64,000 nucleotides of DNA, taken from the NCBI GenBank assembly GCA_030141605.1, contig JAQGDQ010000254.1:260213-324212 (forward strand), given 5' to 3'. The notes under the pieces were generated by a model that was given only the letters and a program-made list of their open reading frames with translations, was not told the DNA's origin and ran no database searches. This document shows positions 14,101 through 26,900 of the stretch, in pieces (positions within the stretch are counted from its first letter, which is position 1; every line of letters starts with the position of its first letter). The stretch comes from Tubiluchus corallicola. Its lineage: Eukaryota; Animalia; Priapulida. The translations under genes were made by a program, and so were the position numbers.

Positions 14101-14765
14101 CCCAAACTTATCCACTTACAAGCCAGGTAGTTAGTGATACAAATATCGTGATGAACCAGTACTTTCTCTAAAATACACATCTTAGAGTACAACAAATCCC
14201 TCTATTTTTTCTTAGCTGGAAAATGAAGTAAGAATAACTGTCATACATTAATTTCTAAATACAATTAGACCTTTGACTAACTCTACTGAACAGGTTACAT
14301 ATATACAGTTTCTGTTAATAACAACAAAGTATTTTGAAAGAATTGTTGCGATGGAATTTGTGTTGAGAAAGGGGGGAGAGAAAGAAAGAGAGAGAGAGAG
14401 ATAGGCACGTCTAAATTTAAGAGCTAGAAACACATGTGATACCCTGGATCCCTTGTATCTGGAATGGAACGAATGTAGGAAATCTGGTCGCTGGCAACGA
14501 CATTAAATTTTTCTTTTTCAAACAACTTCCTCTGCAATTTTTCTTCTTCTCCTGACAAAAGAACTGGTTCACCATTTTCACCAAAATGTCTTGCTGGCCC
14601 ATCCGCCGGCACCCGAATCACAACATGTCGAACACGATCACTTTTTTTAATAATAATCTCGGTATTGTTATAAAAGATAATAAGTCCTACACCATTTAAC
14701 ACACAACATAAACCAATCACAACCTTGATAATAGTTTTTCCATTCTGACTGATAAAAAGCCACAT
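5145..14765 (-). CDS. GALNT: Gene D: polypeptide N-acetylgalactosaminyltransferase with canonical catalytic motifs; exons 1-8 seen, exons 9-10 not found in the window (3' partial)
   Basis: Exons: 14443-14765, 13353-13519, 12994-13165, 12384-12584, 10617-10734 (GC donor), 8812-9012, 7911-8045, 5145-5252. Motifs [52 protein letters not shown]. Confidence 0.9.
6976..7800. mobile_element. Non-autonomous Tc1/pogo-type MITE in gene D intron 7
   Basis: TIR CAGTCAAACCTC...GAGGTTTGACTG flanked by TA on both sides; no coding capacity; a second copy lies at 21494-22180. Confidence 0.85.
13640..13856 (-). mobile_element. tRNA-derived SINE (MetaSINE-like core) in gene D intron 1
   Basis: Minus strand shows A-box-like TAGTTCAGTAGT and B-box-like GAATTCTACTCCC, followed by CATACCAAAGACTTAAAAAATGGTA, which recalls the Meta core domain. 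3' edge approximate. Confidence 0.65.
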
Positions 14766-15709
14766 TATTAGATTTGGTTTAAATCCGTGTTCTGCATGAC
14801 ATTCCGTCGCAAGTTACAAGGTAGTTTTAACGACATGCCCATCTGATAAAAAAACGAAAACTTTTCACTGATAAATGCTTGTTTGGCAAAGATCGTGAAA
14901 CTTGTCATTGCAAAAATATCTGTGGCTCTGGTTTAACAAACATCCAAAAAATCATGTCATACTGTCAAAATCTGCAAAAAATGAATAACTCATTAAACTG
15001 TAGACTAGATATTTTTATTCAATATTGAACAAGTTACAGTACATTAAAAAGTAAAGGTGATGACTTTGACACTTTTTACAAGCCAAACATCACAGCAAAA
15101 CCACTACGCTTGTCTTGCATCACTCTACATTGCATATCAACTACTTGTACTATTTGTTACTGTAGTATACACTCATTTCATGGCTTAACTTTTATTCTGA
15201 TTTTGCAGATTATGGAATTTGGCTTAGAAAATTTCACAGTGTGAAAATGTAGACTGTCAACTTGTTAACTTAGTACACTTACATATTAATGTAATAGCTG
15301 TTTCGATCAGCCTAGTAACTATTATGTTAGCTTAAGTCAAGGCTGATTTAAGTCAGCTTAAGTTAAGTTCATTTGAAATATGTTAAATATAAGAAATGTA
15401 AGAGAAGCGAACCATGATTTTTTAAACAAGAGATTAACTACTCGAAATAACTGTTTATTAACATTTTAAAAACTTATTTCAGGCTACTGAACTGAAATGT
15501 ATCAATAAATGGACTGTTATGTTTAACAACATATGAAAAAGGATAATATATATTATTATATTCCTTTAATGATGTAATCCCTCTGCGACAGTGCTCAGCA
15601 ATGTACCTAGGCCAATGTAGCTAAATTCATGGAAAAAAGCGTGCAAGAAGACTTAAAGAAAAAAGGATTTCACAAAAACACTAACTTTTGTGGTTCATAG
15701 TTTATGTGT

Positions 15710-16150
15710 TCAGGCTATCAGCATGTAATAACTCATTGTTATATTCAAACGAATTATTGAAAATGGATTATCACTTTTTGGGAAATTATTGAAAATTATA
15801 AACTGAAATTGAACAACATCATAATATTTGCTACCTTTTTGTACATTCATATCAGTAAGAAAATTTTTATCGGGATCAACATTTTCAGTATCATCATACA
15901 CATCAAGGTTCAATGAATCTATATCAATATCAGAATAAAAATTACAGTGTCTAGTTAATAAGTGAAAACCATCATCATCATCAATGTTATTAAATGGAAA
16001 AATTTCCTGCAAACAACAGTGGCAAAGCCATGGGTCTCTGTCTCTAGAAAGTATATTATAATCAGTTAATATAATATATCATAGTTAAAAGAAAGCATTT
16101 AAGATGGACCCAGGATCAGCAGCAATCGCACAGCATCCCACGCTGATTTC
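15710..16150 (-). mobile_element. Fragment of a CR1/L2-group LINE ORF2 N-terminus (end of PHD-like region and start of endonuclease)
   Basis: WLCHCCLQEIFPFN...DPDKNF...SKYYD...FSIIRLNI pattern; isolated and truncated. Confidence 0.6.
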
Positions 16151-17340
16151 TCTTTACTGGTTTTTTTTGCACGCAGTACAGGGAAACTGAACCATGATCA
16201 AAGTTAGTAAAAAAAAGTTGAAGTCAAAAACAAAAGAAAGTAGTGCAAATGGAAAAATAAAAACACAGCAACAACAACACCAAAAGCAAGGTGCAAGAGG
16301 ATGCTTCAAAAAGTCGAGTGGCGGCAGAAAAACATTTTACACTGGGCGTAATAACAGACAAATTATAGGGCAGTAATTCATTGGCTAACTCAGCAGTAAA
16401 ACTAGCAATCAAAATTACATGAAATTAAGTATTGTGATAACACAGCTTGATTAACATTATTTATGGTGTTTATGTCTAGTCTCACATAGTATTAGAAGTT
16501 GCTAAAAGTCCCAAGAGATGTATAGATTATTATGAATAACACAGAATAATACATTTGAAGTGTTTGATGTGATATATCATCACTGCTTGTTAAACAGATT
16601 TATTAACAACCTAACTGGCTATGGATAATATGGCATAATGAAACATTTCTCTTAATACATAGAACATTAGCCAAAACGTAGCATTACTGCTTACTAATTT
16701 TATCATTAGTATATCATGGCACAATAAACACTGTTTATGGTCCCTATTCGGCTTAACGTGGCAGCATGGGTTACAAAACAGATTAAAACTTGTATGTGAA
16801 AACATGATACCAATAAACGATATTTGTACGCATTGTTTAAATAAGTGTATCACTAAGAGTAAGAGCTGTTATTTAGAACAATTAGATTAACGAAGTGTAA
16901 ATAGCGATATAATAACATAATATTAACTGTGTGGGAATTAATTTGAGTAACAAAGCATTTATGCATATGTTATTAAGGGAGGGGAGGTATTTGGCATTAG
17001 CTTAGCATTAGGGCTTTCAAAAGAAACAAACTATTGCAAATATAGTTTAATGAATATTGCATTAAGTGCAGAATAATATTTTGAAGACTAGGTTTATTCT
17101 TAATAAGTATAGTGCTTAAGTCTGCAGAGTGCCCACACAATAGGTGGAATGAGACTTTGAAGAAGGATATATAAATTTAATGTTATAAACTTAAAATGGA
17201 CTCTACGGATTTACATAATACAACAACAGTACACGAGATGTCCAGCAAGTGCGATCATCCACGCTTGGCATAACAGTCATCGCCAAGTAGATACTAATCC
17301 TATCTGAAAACTCAAAAACAATCAGGTAGACACTTATTTC

Positions 17341-18656
17341 CAGGGCACTTTATTTATGACTTTAGTCATAAATTGCATAAATAGCTTATTTAATACTAAT
17401 TTCAGATTTTATTTATGACTATTTATGACGTGTCAAATTTTGACCAAAAATGCCATCCTGAGCTAAAAGAAATACATATTTTTAATCAGAATCTTGTATT
17501 TTGCCTTTCTTCGTTCTTCATTACATTAAAATGTAATAAAAATGTCTACTTTCATCATTCCAAGGCCTGAAGTTTCTCGTATTGTTTTGCATGCAGGCAT
17601 CCCTCCAGACTGAAATCCGTGATCGTGTTTATAATAATTATAGTATCGGTTTTAATTTGTTTAGGATGACCTATAAAATTACTGCTCATAAAAATCAATC
17701 TATTAATTAATTCGTACAGTCACAATTCGTAGCCACAATTAGTACAAGTAAATAATGTATTTTTTTAAATATCGATTTTAAATTTAATGTTGGAAAATAC
17801 TATTGGCTATTACATCTTTCTAGGGAACCGTCACGTATGTTTTCTAATTAAAATTACATTAAGCAAAATAACTAAACAAGAAAAACAGTTAAATTTTAAT
17901 GACAATGAAGCAACAAATTCTCCCAAAGATAAAATATGCTCAAATTCTAGCAGACGGCATTATTCTTATTTCTTGAGGATGAGGCAGTAAGGCACGGGAA
18001 ACGCTTGCGGCAAACTCGAGCTAAAACCTACACCCAAGCCATTGACTTACGCCGCTTAGGGGTAAGCATCGAAGTTCGGTTCGATTCGAATTCGAAAGTC
18101 ACAAATTCGGTTCGATTCGAATTCGCTTTCTGGTAGAGAATGCTCACCCCTAACGCCGCTAGGATGAGAAAGGCACTGAAATGAACGTGCAAAGAAAAGA
18201 ATTAGAAGTGTAGATTTCTGTTATTGTGCAGAGCGTAGGTTTGAGGCGGCAGAACTTTAGGACATTAAAATAGGTAAGCTGTCTTTAATTCAAATTTTCG
18301 ATGGAACGACAACGATTCTGTCGGTGCCTATTTATTTTTTCGCGGTAACGCGCTCATTTACTTTTTATTATTTAGGTTGCTTCTAGACGAGTTAATGACA
18401 GATAAACGCATCAGTTAGACAGTCTCAGTTACTGTGTTAGTCCACCAAACAGTCACGCGCAAGCTTCTTATGGACTGCCTGTGTGTGTGGGAGAGAGAGA
18501 GAGAGAGAGACGGTGGAAACAGTTTTCTGTACTGAATTTTTTGTTCCATTCATCGGGAAATGATTATTTTTCTTTCGTTATTTATGACAAATTTGAAATC
18601 TTATTTATGACTATTTATGACTATTTTGCAAGAAAAGTCATAAATAAAGTGCCCTG
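17341..18656. mobile_element. Non-autonomous hAT DNA transposon (1316 bp) upstream of gene D
   Basis: Perfect 23-bp TIR CAGGGCACTTTATTTATGACTTT; perfect 8-bp TSD CTTATTTC (17333-17340 and 18657-18664); subterminal ATTTATGAC repeats at both ends. Confidence 0.92.
18057..18152. mobile_element. 96-bp hAT mini-element nested in the 17341-18656 element
   Basis: 13-bp TIR TAGGGGT(A/G)AGCAT; perfect 8-bp TSD ACGCCGCT (18049-18056 and 18153-18160); two internal TTCGGTTCGATTCGAATTCG copies. Confidence 0.9.
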
Positions 18657-18889
18657 CTTATTTCTCTAGTTTGAAATCGAAAAATTTAAGGTAAGAGGGT
18701 AGATCTTCGTTGCTAGGTATCTAACGCATCATCTTCCCAGCAACAAATACGCGAATCTTAGCGTTCGCCACTAATTACCTAGCCATCTATACGAGCCACA
18801 TGTACGACACAGTCGAGTTAATATTTAACACCATACTTCCGTCTCTCTATCATGCAGCTCTATTCTCCCCAACATGGAAACTTATCCCA

Positions 18890-19985
18890 AACCATGTATC
18901 AGAGTATGAGAATGATCAATGACAAAAATTCAGAAAGACAAAAGCCAAACAAAATTCTAAAAGCGGGATATGAAAATCTATTTTAGCAAAATTTATAAAG
19001 ATGATAGGAAAAAGAGAGGCTGGAACAAGCTCAAATTTTACAAAGCATTAAAATGCAAATGCAAAATGGAGTTATACCTAAACATTATTAAGGACAAAAA
19101 TCATAGACAGGCTATCACAAGACGCCGATTGAGTATCATGATTTGGAAATCAAACATGCTCATTACACCAAAACACCAGAACAAGAATAAGTATGAAGTT
19201 ACTGCGCAAATTCCTCCCCTAAAAACACGAAATAGAAGATGAAATGCACGTTATTTATGATTGCCAACTTTTCGCTGAAAACATAAGAAATTTATGAAAA
19301 TAAACTTTTAACCTTTTTCTCTAGAAACACTACCTCTCTCATGGGGCTACTTAGCAATGACGTTCAACAATGTATAATCATTTTGGAGAAAATATATTTA
19401 AAAACTTCCAAATAAGAAAAACCAAAAGCTAACGCTGGCTACACCTTGTTAAAACTTTTCAGTGTTAACCCAGCTACTCAAGAGTTGAGATATTTTAATA
19501 CTTTTGGCATTATTTTATGTTGCATAATGTATGGTTGTTAATAGTTTTTAATACTGTTTTTTTTTTGTTTTTATAGGCTTTGTGGTTACCCTTTGTACAT
19601 TTATGACACCAAGCCAAGAAACTTAATTTGGCAACAACTCTGATCCCTATGGTAGAAATCAGTACTACGGCAGCGGACTCTAACCAAATCTATTTTGGAC
19701 TTTTATTATTTTATTCTTTATAACCTTTCATTTAAAAAGCTGGAACAGATACTACTCTTAAGTCATTTTTCTTTTTTCATTGCTGCATTATACAATATCT
19801 AACTGTGATTTTTCGATCGATATACTACATCTTAATATTTATTAATAAAAATAACTTTGCATAAAGCCTATTATTATTATTTTCAGTTTATGTAGTATTT
19901 GACATGTATATTATAAAAACATTATTACTTTGCCAATGTACACTATATGTATTTGTGCAAATAAAATTAAATTGAATTTAAAATT
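18890..19985 (+). mobile_element. 3' fragment of a non-LTR retrotransposon
   Basis: KLKFYKALK..MELYLNIIKDKNHRQAITRRRLS and a frameshifted EDEMHVIYDC zinc-knuckle-like tail; AATAAA and (AAATT)n end near 19960-19985. Edges approximate. Confidence 0.65.
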
Positions 19986-20932
19986 AAACTGCTATATATT
20001 ATTATTAGTGGCTTTTGTGTATTTTAGTGGTAATTACAGTTAGGGTTCTTGCAAAACAATTTAAATGGCCACAGTAAACAGTTGTTGAGATTCATCAGCA
20101 ATAGCATTCAATTTGAAAATTTTAGATTTGCATCCATGAATTCTCACAGTACACGTAAGGACCTTATCGGGAGAGACACAACCTAAGGTTTGAAGTTTAG
20201 CTTTCTTTTGTAATGATTGCACACCTTACCAGTCTCAAAGATTTCAACCAATATATTAGGCAAAAGCAATTTATGCAGATTCTGGAGATTAGGATTGCTG
20301 CTAATGTTTTTGGTAAAACCAAAAACTGCAACCAAGCCACGATCAACAAAATTTTTTTATCATAAAAATTATGGCTCTTGTTTGGATGTTGCACATGTTT
20401 ACTAGTGATGGTGAGTGACATATACCACTACCTATAGCCTTTATACTTAAAATGCAGTGGTGTATCAGCATTGTGTTGTGAAGAAAAATCCTAAATTTGT
20501 GAGTTTACAATCAAATCTTGAAGATAAATCATCAACTCTATCATTTCATGACATATGATCAGTAATACTGTACAACATGATTGCATGCGGTCATAAAAAA
20601 CATGTACACACATTCAATAACAAAATAATTATTAACTTTGTAAATAATTTAAGAATTTATTAACAATAGCCAACAATAACGCATGTATTCATCACGTCAG
20701 AACTTAGTAAAATTGGTTGCAGTACACACGTTACACACAGTACCAGTCATTTTCAGACAAGTTTGCACATTAATTCCTACATATACTTTTATCGAGTTAG
20801 TGAATATTTAAATATATGTTCTAGCTAAAATAATCACAGTGCGCAAAAGGCCAACAGTACAGAATAAGTACAATAACAGTCTGAAATTTAATTATATAGA
20901 CACAGTGTATCGATTTAGTGAAGCATAGGAGT

Positions 20933-23900
20933 TCAATCAAGGGTTTGAAATTCCCATTCTCGAGACTTAGGTTTAGTGTGATTACAGGTTTTAATTTCCA
21001 AATGTCTCGATGATGCTTCATTCAGACACTTTTTCGTAGCGCTGTGAACAATTGTACCACTCTGGATTAAAAAAAACAAGTTGTAGTAAACCCGTGAATA
21101 ATACAGACATATAAAAAAGGAAGAGAGAAAGAGACGAGGAGGAGAAAGAGATGCGTAGAGCATGGAAAAGAACAAGTGAGAAAAAGCAGACAAAGGGAAC
21201 AGGCACTTAATCACTTACTTTGTAAAATGTCCATGTTTGACTGCCCTTATCAGGGTTACATGCGGACAACCTCACAGCAGTACCATTATTTCCAAAAACA
21301 TCAAAGCAAAAAATCCGTTTGTAGCGAATTTCCCCAACTCTATTAATAGTGAACATCTGAAATTAACAAATCACTGGCATGAAAAGTGATCCAGTTTTAG
21401 CTGGCAAACGTAGAGCGATATTTCATGTCTGGCGGTTTGAAATGTACGAGAAATCAGTCTACCATCACTAGCCTCATTGTCTCATTTCACGTACTGTCAA
21501 ACCTCTTTATACCACCCGTCTTGGGATGGGAAAAAACTTGTCGTTGCAGCGAGTTTGGTGTTATAACAAGATGTGTTAAATTTTGACATTTACAAATCAC
21601 AAAACATTCAGGTAAGTGTTCACATGTCAGTGTCCTCAGTTATCACTCTAAATGTTAATGAAGTAAAAAAATTATTAATTTAATCATTTACGAATGAATG
21701 ATTCTCTCAAAATCAATCATTTTTATCAATAACATTTTGTTTACATAAACGTGTAAGTCATAACTATAAATTTCTTGCTGTAATTTGTTTGGATGATTCT
21801 TAGAAAACAACGTGTTTTCTTGTCAGTTGCTATTATGACTGCATGGCGTATTGATAATAATATCAGAGTATCAATCCTTTACTATTGTGATGTATGATGT
21901 ACAGTACAGTTTGTAAACAATCAAAACTTGTTAATATGCATTGTTTTACATGACACGTGACGTTTGATCAGTGTAATCAGTGATTTGACCAAGCAGAGAG
22001 TGTAGCAGTCTTGCACAGCTGGCATAATATCAAGGTCATATTTCCACATTGAACATATATATGAATTTGCCCTGCAGATGGCGTGTAATGGGTGGCGGTA
22101 TAACAGGCTATTTTTGTGTGCAGTTGAATACAGTCGTTTTGTTCTTGGCCATTTTGCATGTGATAAACAAGGTTTGACTGTACTACAAGATCTTTTGGTA
22201 CCCTACTCTCTACTTGTTTTACCGCTTCAAGAATATTTGCAACTTACCTGCATTTCACTGCTTGACTGACATTCATAAACACCAAGAGGTTCTTGTTTTC
22301 CTATATCTCTCATTAATGTGTCAATACAGTTATGGGAAGCCTTGTTAACAATCTACAAAAGCAAAGCTGCATTGATGCAATCTAGCCGCAAGCAAAACTG
22401 AGTTTCAAAATAGACAGAAATAGCAAAAAAATGAATAAGCAGTAATTAAGACGATAACAATAATGGTAATAATCGCAATGATGGTGATAATAATCACGAA
22501 GGTTTAAATCTCTGATAAGGTTGGGAAACTGCAGCAGTAAATTCAAGATACAGCTTTGACACCTCTTCTACGTTAAATGTAAGCTTTCTGCTAAAGCCAA
22601 GTATACATCAAGAGGAATGAATCAGTTGACTGTCTTTTTTTATAAAATATCATGCTTGTTTAATTGTTACATATCTACTAATTGTACACTTTGTCTTTCA
22701 TGTACTGTATTTGTATTATCTCTGTACAGTTTTACTGTATGTCAAAAGGTTGTAAAATAAATATGTTTAAACTAAGTTATGCACCAGCCAGTATAAAACC
22801 AAAGCCTTCTCTGCTTTGCTCATCCAGTTAGCTGGACCCATGATAGTTAAACTCTGTTTCATCCTTATATTTTGACACTATGTTTTTTATACATCACTTT
22901 AATGCTTTGTAAATGAAAATCAGGAAACTTACACTGACTGGCCTCCATATCTGCTGGTATGAAACCAATCTAGGCAGTCTGTCTTTGTTGTTGAGGTACA
23001 TTACAGTTCATTAGTGTCAGAAGAGGTAGGTAGGCATAAGCTTGTGTTCGTTTTCAACTGTGCATTTTGCAAGTGTTAAGCCGAAGTACATTGTTTTTAG
23101 TCACTATTTCATGGGTGTGATCGATTTCTTTGATCAGCGCTAGCCAGTTATGGTGTGATAGATATGATGTAACAATGTTGGTTTTATGACAACACAATGG
23201 CAATCAAAAATTTGTGACATACTGGTTGTTCTTTAGTTCAGCATGCTATGCGTACAGGCTAAAGTTACTTTTCGAATACAGCTAGTCTCTCAATTTGCTC
23301 TACTTATTGTTAACTCGCTGCAGTATATGACCCGGATTTTGCATTAACTGGATCCGGCTCACAATGGCTAGATTGTGAGTCTAGCTTTTCTGTTCTACTT
23401 GCTTGTGTTACTATTTTTCCACTATGCTTTCTTTAACAGACTTATTTTAAACATTTATGCTGATTAATACATTTCTGTATACTGTCTAAGCTGTAACTGC
23501 ATTTTTTAATTTACCCCAACTTAGTCATTCTGAGGTCAGAATGCTTTTGTGAGGGAATAGTGCACTGAACACCTCTTTTGATGTATGTGCAAGTTTCTTC
23601 TATTGACGCCAAGTTACGCACCTAGCCAGTATGAAAGCAGCTTTCTTTGTTTTTTTACAGGTCCAGTCAATGTAACCCTTGACAGTTAAATAAACTGTTT
23701 CACTGTTGTATTATGATGCTTTGTGTATGTGCCTTGCTTAATAACGATACCATTTTCTTATACATCATTCTATTGTTTTGTGAATGTAAATCAGGGTCAT
23801 TCTAGACTTAGCCCATCTGTATTTGCTGGTACTAAACCAACTGACCTGGGCAGTCTGCCTTTGTCGGTGAGGTAGTGACTGCAGTTGGATGTTAACCATA

Positions 23901-26900
23901 TTTTTACTTCTCTGTACTACTTTTAAATGTGTATATATAAAAAGGCATATTTTTGTGAGGAAAAACAAACTGGTGCCATTGTTTAATGAAATTACGAAAC
24001 CAGGACTTAAAACAGAAAGCGATTGTGAAATTTTGTTAGTATTATAGATTTCAGGTCTTAGGAAACTTATTTAACTGCTCAGAAGTCAACAACATTTAGC
24101 TGTACACACCCACACCCACCCGCACGCATGCACGCACGCGCACACACACACACACACACATATATACGTCTTTTCTTATTGAAATAAACAGCCAGAATCA
24201 CCACACCAGATTTTGACTTGCAGGCTCTTACTAAAAGCTGGATTCTGGCTTGCAGTGCACCATATAGTACTATTAAAAGCTGAATTCTTGCTTGCAGCAC
24301 ACCTCTTAAAAGCTGGATCCTAGCTTGCAGTGCACTACATAGTACCATTAAAAGCTGGATTCTGACTTGCAGTGTGCCTGTTATAAGCTAGATTTTGGTT
24401 AGCAGTGCACCTGTTAAAAGTTGGATTCAGGCTTGAAGTGCAAAGCACACTACCCTGTTAAAAGCTGGATTCTGCCTTGAAATGCGCCATAGAATATTCT
24501 CGATTCTCCATAGTACAATACGGATTTAGTATCAGCAATAGAGCTGGGAAATCCGAGCTTTAGCAAGATTGTTGTGGGAATAGTGTTTTTTCAAAAGTCT
24601 ACGTATGTTGGTATTGTGCTAGACCTTTATGCTATATCAAAAAATTATTATAATAAAATATCAAACCTTTTTCTTTTCCTTGTTAAAATGTTTTACTTTT
24701 ACTTTGCCAAAACAATAATTCTTAATGACAAGAACAGTAACAATAAATTTTAAAAATCACACAATTAAAAAACAAGGAAAAAGAAAGGAAAAATGACACA
24801 ACTGAAGCTACATGTGTCTTTTCTCTCTTTTTTTATTGTTTTTAATTGTGGAATTGTTGTATTCACTTTTTTACCTTTCCATGAATCTCATCCATTTCTT
24901 CCAGCAGTGGTTGCTGAGGGAAAATTTTATCAAGGTACCAATGGAAGTATTGACAGCGCAGCTTCTGTTTCAGAGTTTTTCTAGTATATATTTCACCTGA
25001 TTTTATATCCTGAAAAAATATTATGCTGATAATGTATAGATGGATATATGTTCTTGCTTTCTCTGCTCTTAAGAGTGTTAAATAGTCCAAACTTAGTAAA
25101 AAGATTTATTCCTTTTTTCAAACTTCAGCGGACTAACAAATCCTTGAAAATGGACTATTAGATATGTGCAGAATAACCTTGTGTCACTATATACTATTAA
25201 TTTTTTGTTTTTCCTGTTCGATAATTTCAAGGACGAGAAAGCTATTAGGAAAAGGTGAAGGTAAAATTAGGTGACCTCAGTGTGCAGATTAACCTATGAA
25301 GAAAAGGGTAAAGTGAAATTTAAAGCTTATTTAAACTTTTATGATACTTCAGAATAAAATAAGCATAGTGCTGCTTTAGAAACTGCTTTATAAAACAGTT
25401 ATGCGGCGATATTACACCAGAATAAGCTTAAAATAGCCCACCCGACGGACAACCAGCAAGCCAAGTTACATAAGCAGGAGCCTTAAACCATTTTCTTAAA
25501 CTATTTTTGAAAAAGAAAGTTGTCGTGTCCAGTCGAAATTCATAGTGAAACGTTTCCACTGAACCCGCACTTATGACACTCCACAAAAAGGAATTTTCAC
25601 TGACTGTTTACAAGAGCGAGACTCTTTACTAAGTTAGAAAGAGTGAAAAATTTGTTTAAACACTACAAGAAAGGATTTAGACCTGATAAGCTCTGTCAAA
25701 TGTGGGATCTGTGGGATTTCATTGCACTATAAGTATTTTGTTGAAAAAGAAAAATTACTGGAACCAGATTTAAATTGGTGAAATACCTTTAAACTCTTCG
25801 AGTATTCATCATGCTTGTACATCAGATGTTTAAAATTTACAATCCACCTTTCAGCCAAACGTAGAGAATCGGTTTCCGTGGCCTTTTTGTCAAACACGTA
25901 TAGTTGTGATTCGTGGGTGACATGGCCCACATGTGAGCATGGGATGAATTTAAAAGTACCACCACACATCCAAAGCTACAAAAAATCAACTCCTAGTTTA
26001 AATGTGTATCCCTTTCAACAAATGTCTAACCGGCACTAAGGCAATGAAAAAGCAAGCAATCTAAAGGCAGCTGTTCGGAAATTTATTTACAATGCATTCT
26101 ATAATAAGAAATAGCTATCATCAAGGCATTGAATTATCATTAACCACAAGCACCAAGCTTGATAGTCCATAAACCCGGATTCAGGCACTCACTGGGCAAA
26201 CACAGACCTACTAACAGTAGTGTATCAGCAATACTAAAATTTAAAATTCCAAATTTTAAAAATTACATTGCGCTAATGGATTCTATTTGGATTGCTCTAT
26301 TCACATCCCACCAAAGGGATGCACCACCACGAGAAAGATAACTCAGCCTCCAATTTAAAATAGCACAATGTCAAACTGCTATTGTGCAGGATTTTTAAAT
26401 TTTAGCTGAATTTTAAATTGTGGTGCCATCTGCTGGTATGTACATCAACAATGAAAAATAGGTCACTGTAATAGGTGGGCGAGTCAGCACCTGGCTTTTG
26501 TTCAAATAAAATCATAATAATTTTAAGACTTGAGGAATACTTTATTTTCAAAAATATGTAATAAACATATAATCAATACTATCCAATGGATCAGAATTCT
26601 ACAAGGGGCACAATTATGAATGACCAACAGAGGCTCAGTTGAGTTTGCACCCAGCCACCACATCCATAACTTCACTCCATCATGCCCTTCAACACCCACC
26701 TAGGCAGAAACATGATCCATGCATGCTTAGCTGACGTACACTTATACGACAGCATGACAGTCACAAAAAATTGAGGCACCACGCTTCAACATGTATCTGC
26801 TACGCGAATCAACATCATATGTATTGGTTTGAAATCAACTAAACAGTGCAAGTGATAATGCAAAAACGTAACCATACATTAAGGTTAAAAACGTGCAGTT

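Noticed and set aside
18070-18126. TTCGAA clusters as heat-shock elements
   Set aside because: Spacing does not give extended nGAAnnTTCn arrays, and they are explained as hAT subterminal repeats.
24079-24348. ORF with LQARIQLL repeats; array superficially CRISPR-like
   Set aside because: It is the translation of an intronic minisatellite; there are no unique spacers or cas genes and the context is eukaryotic.
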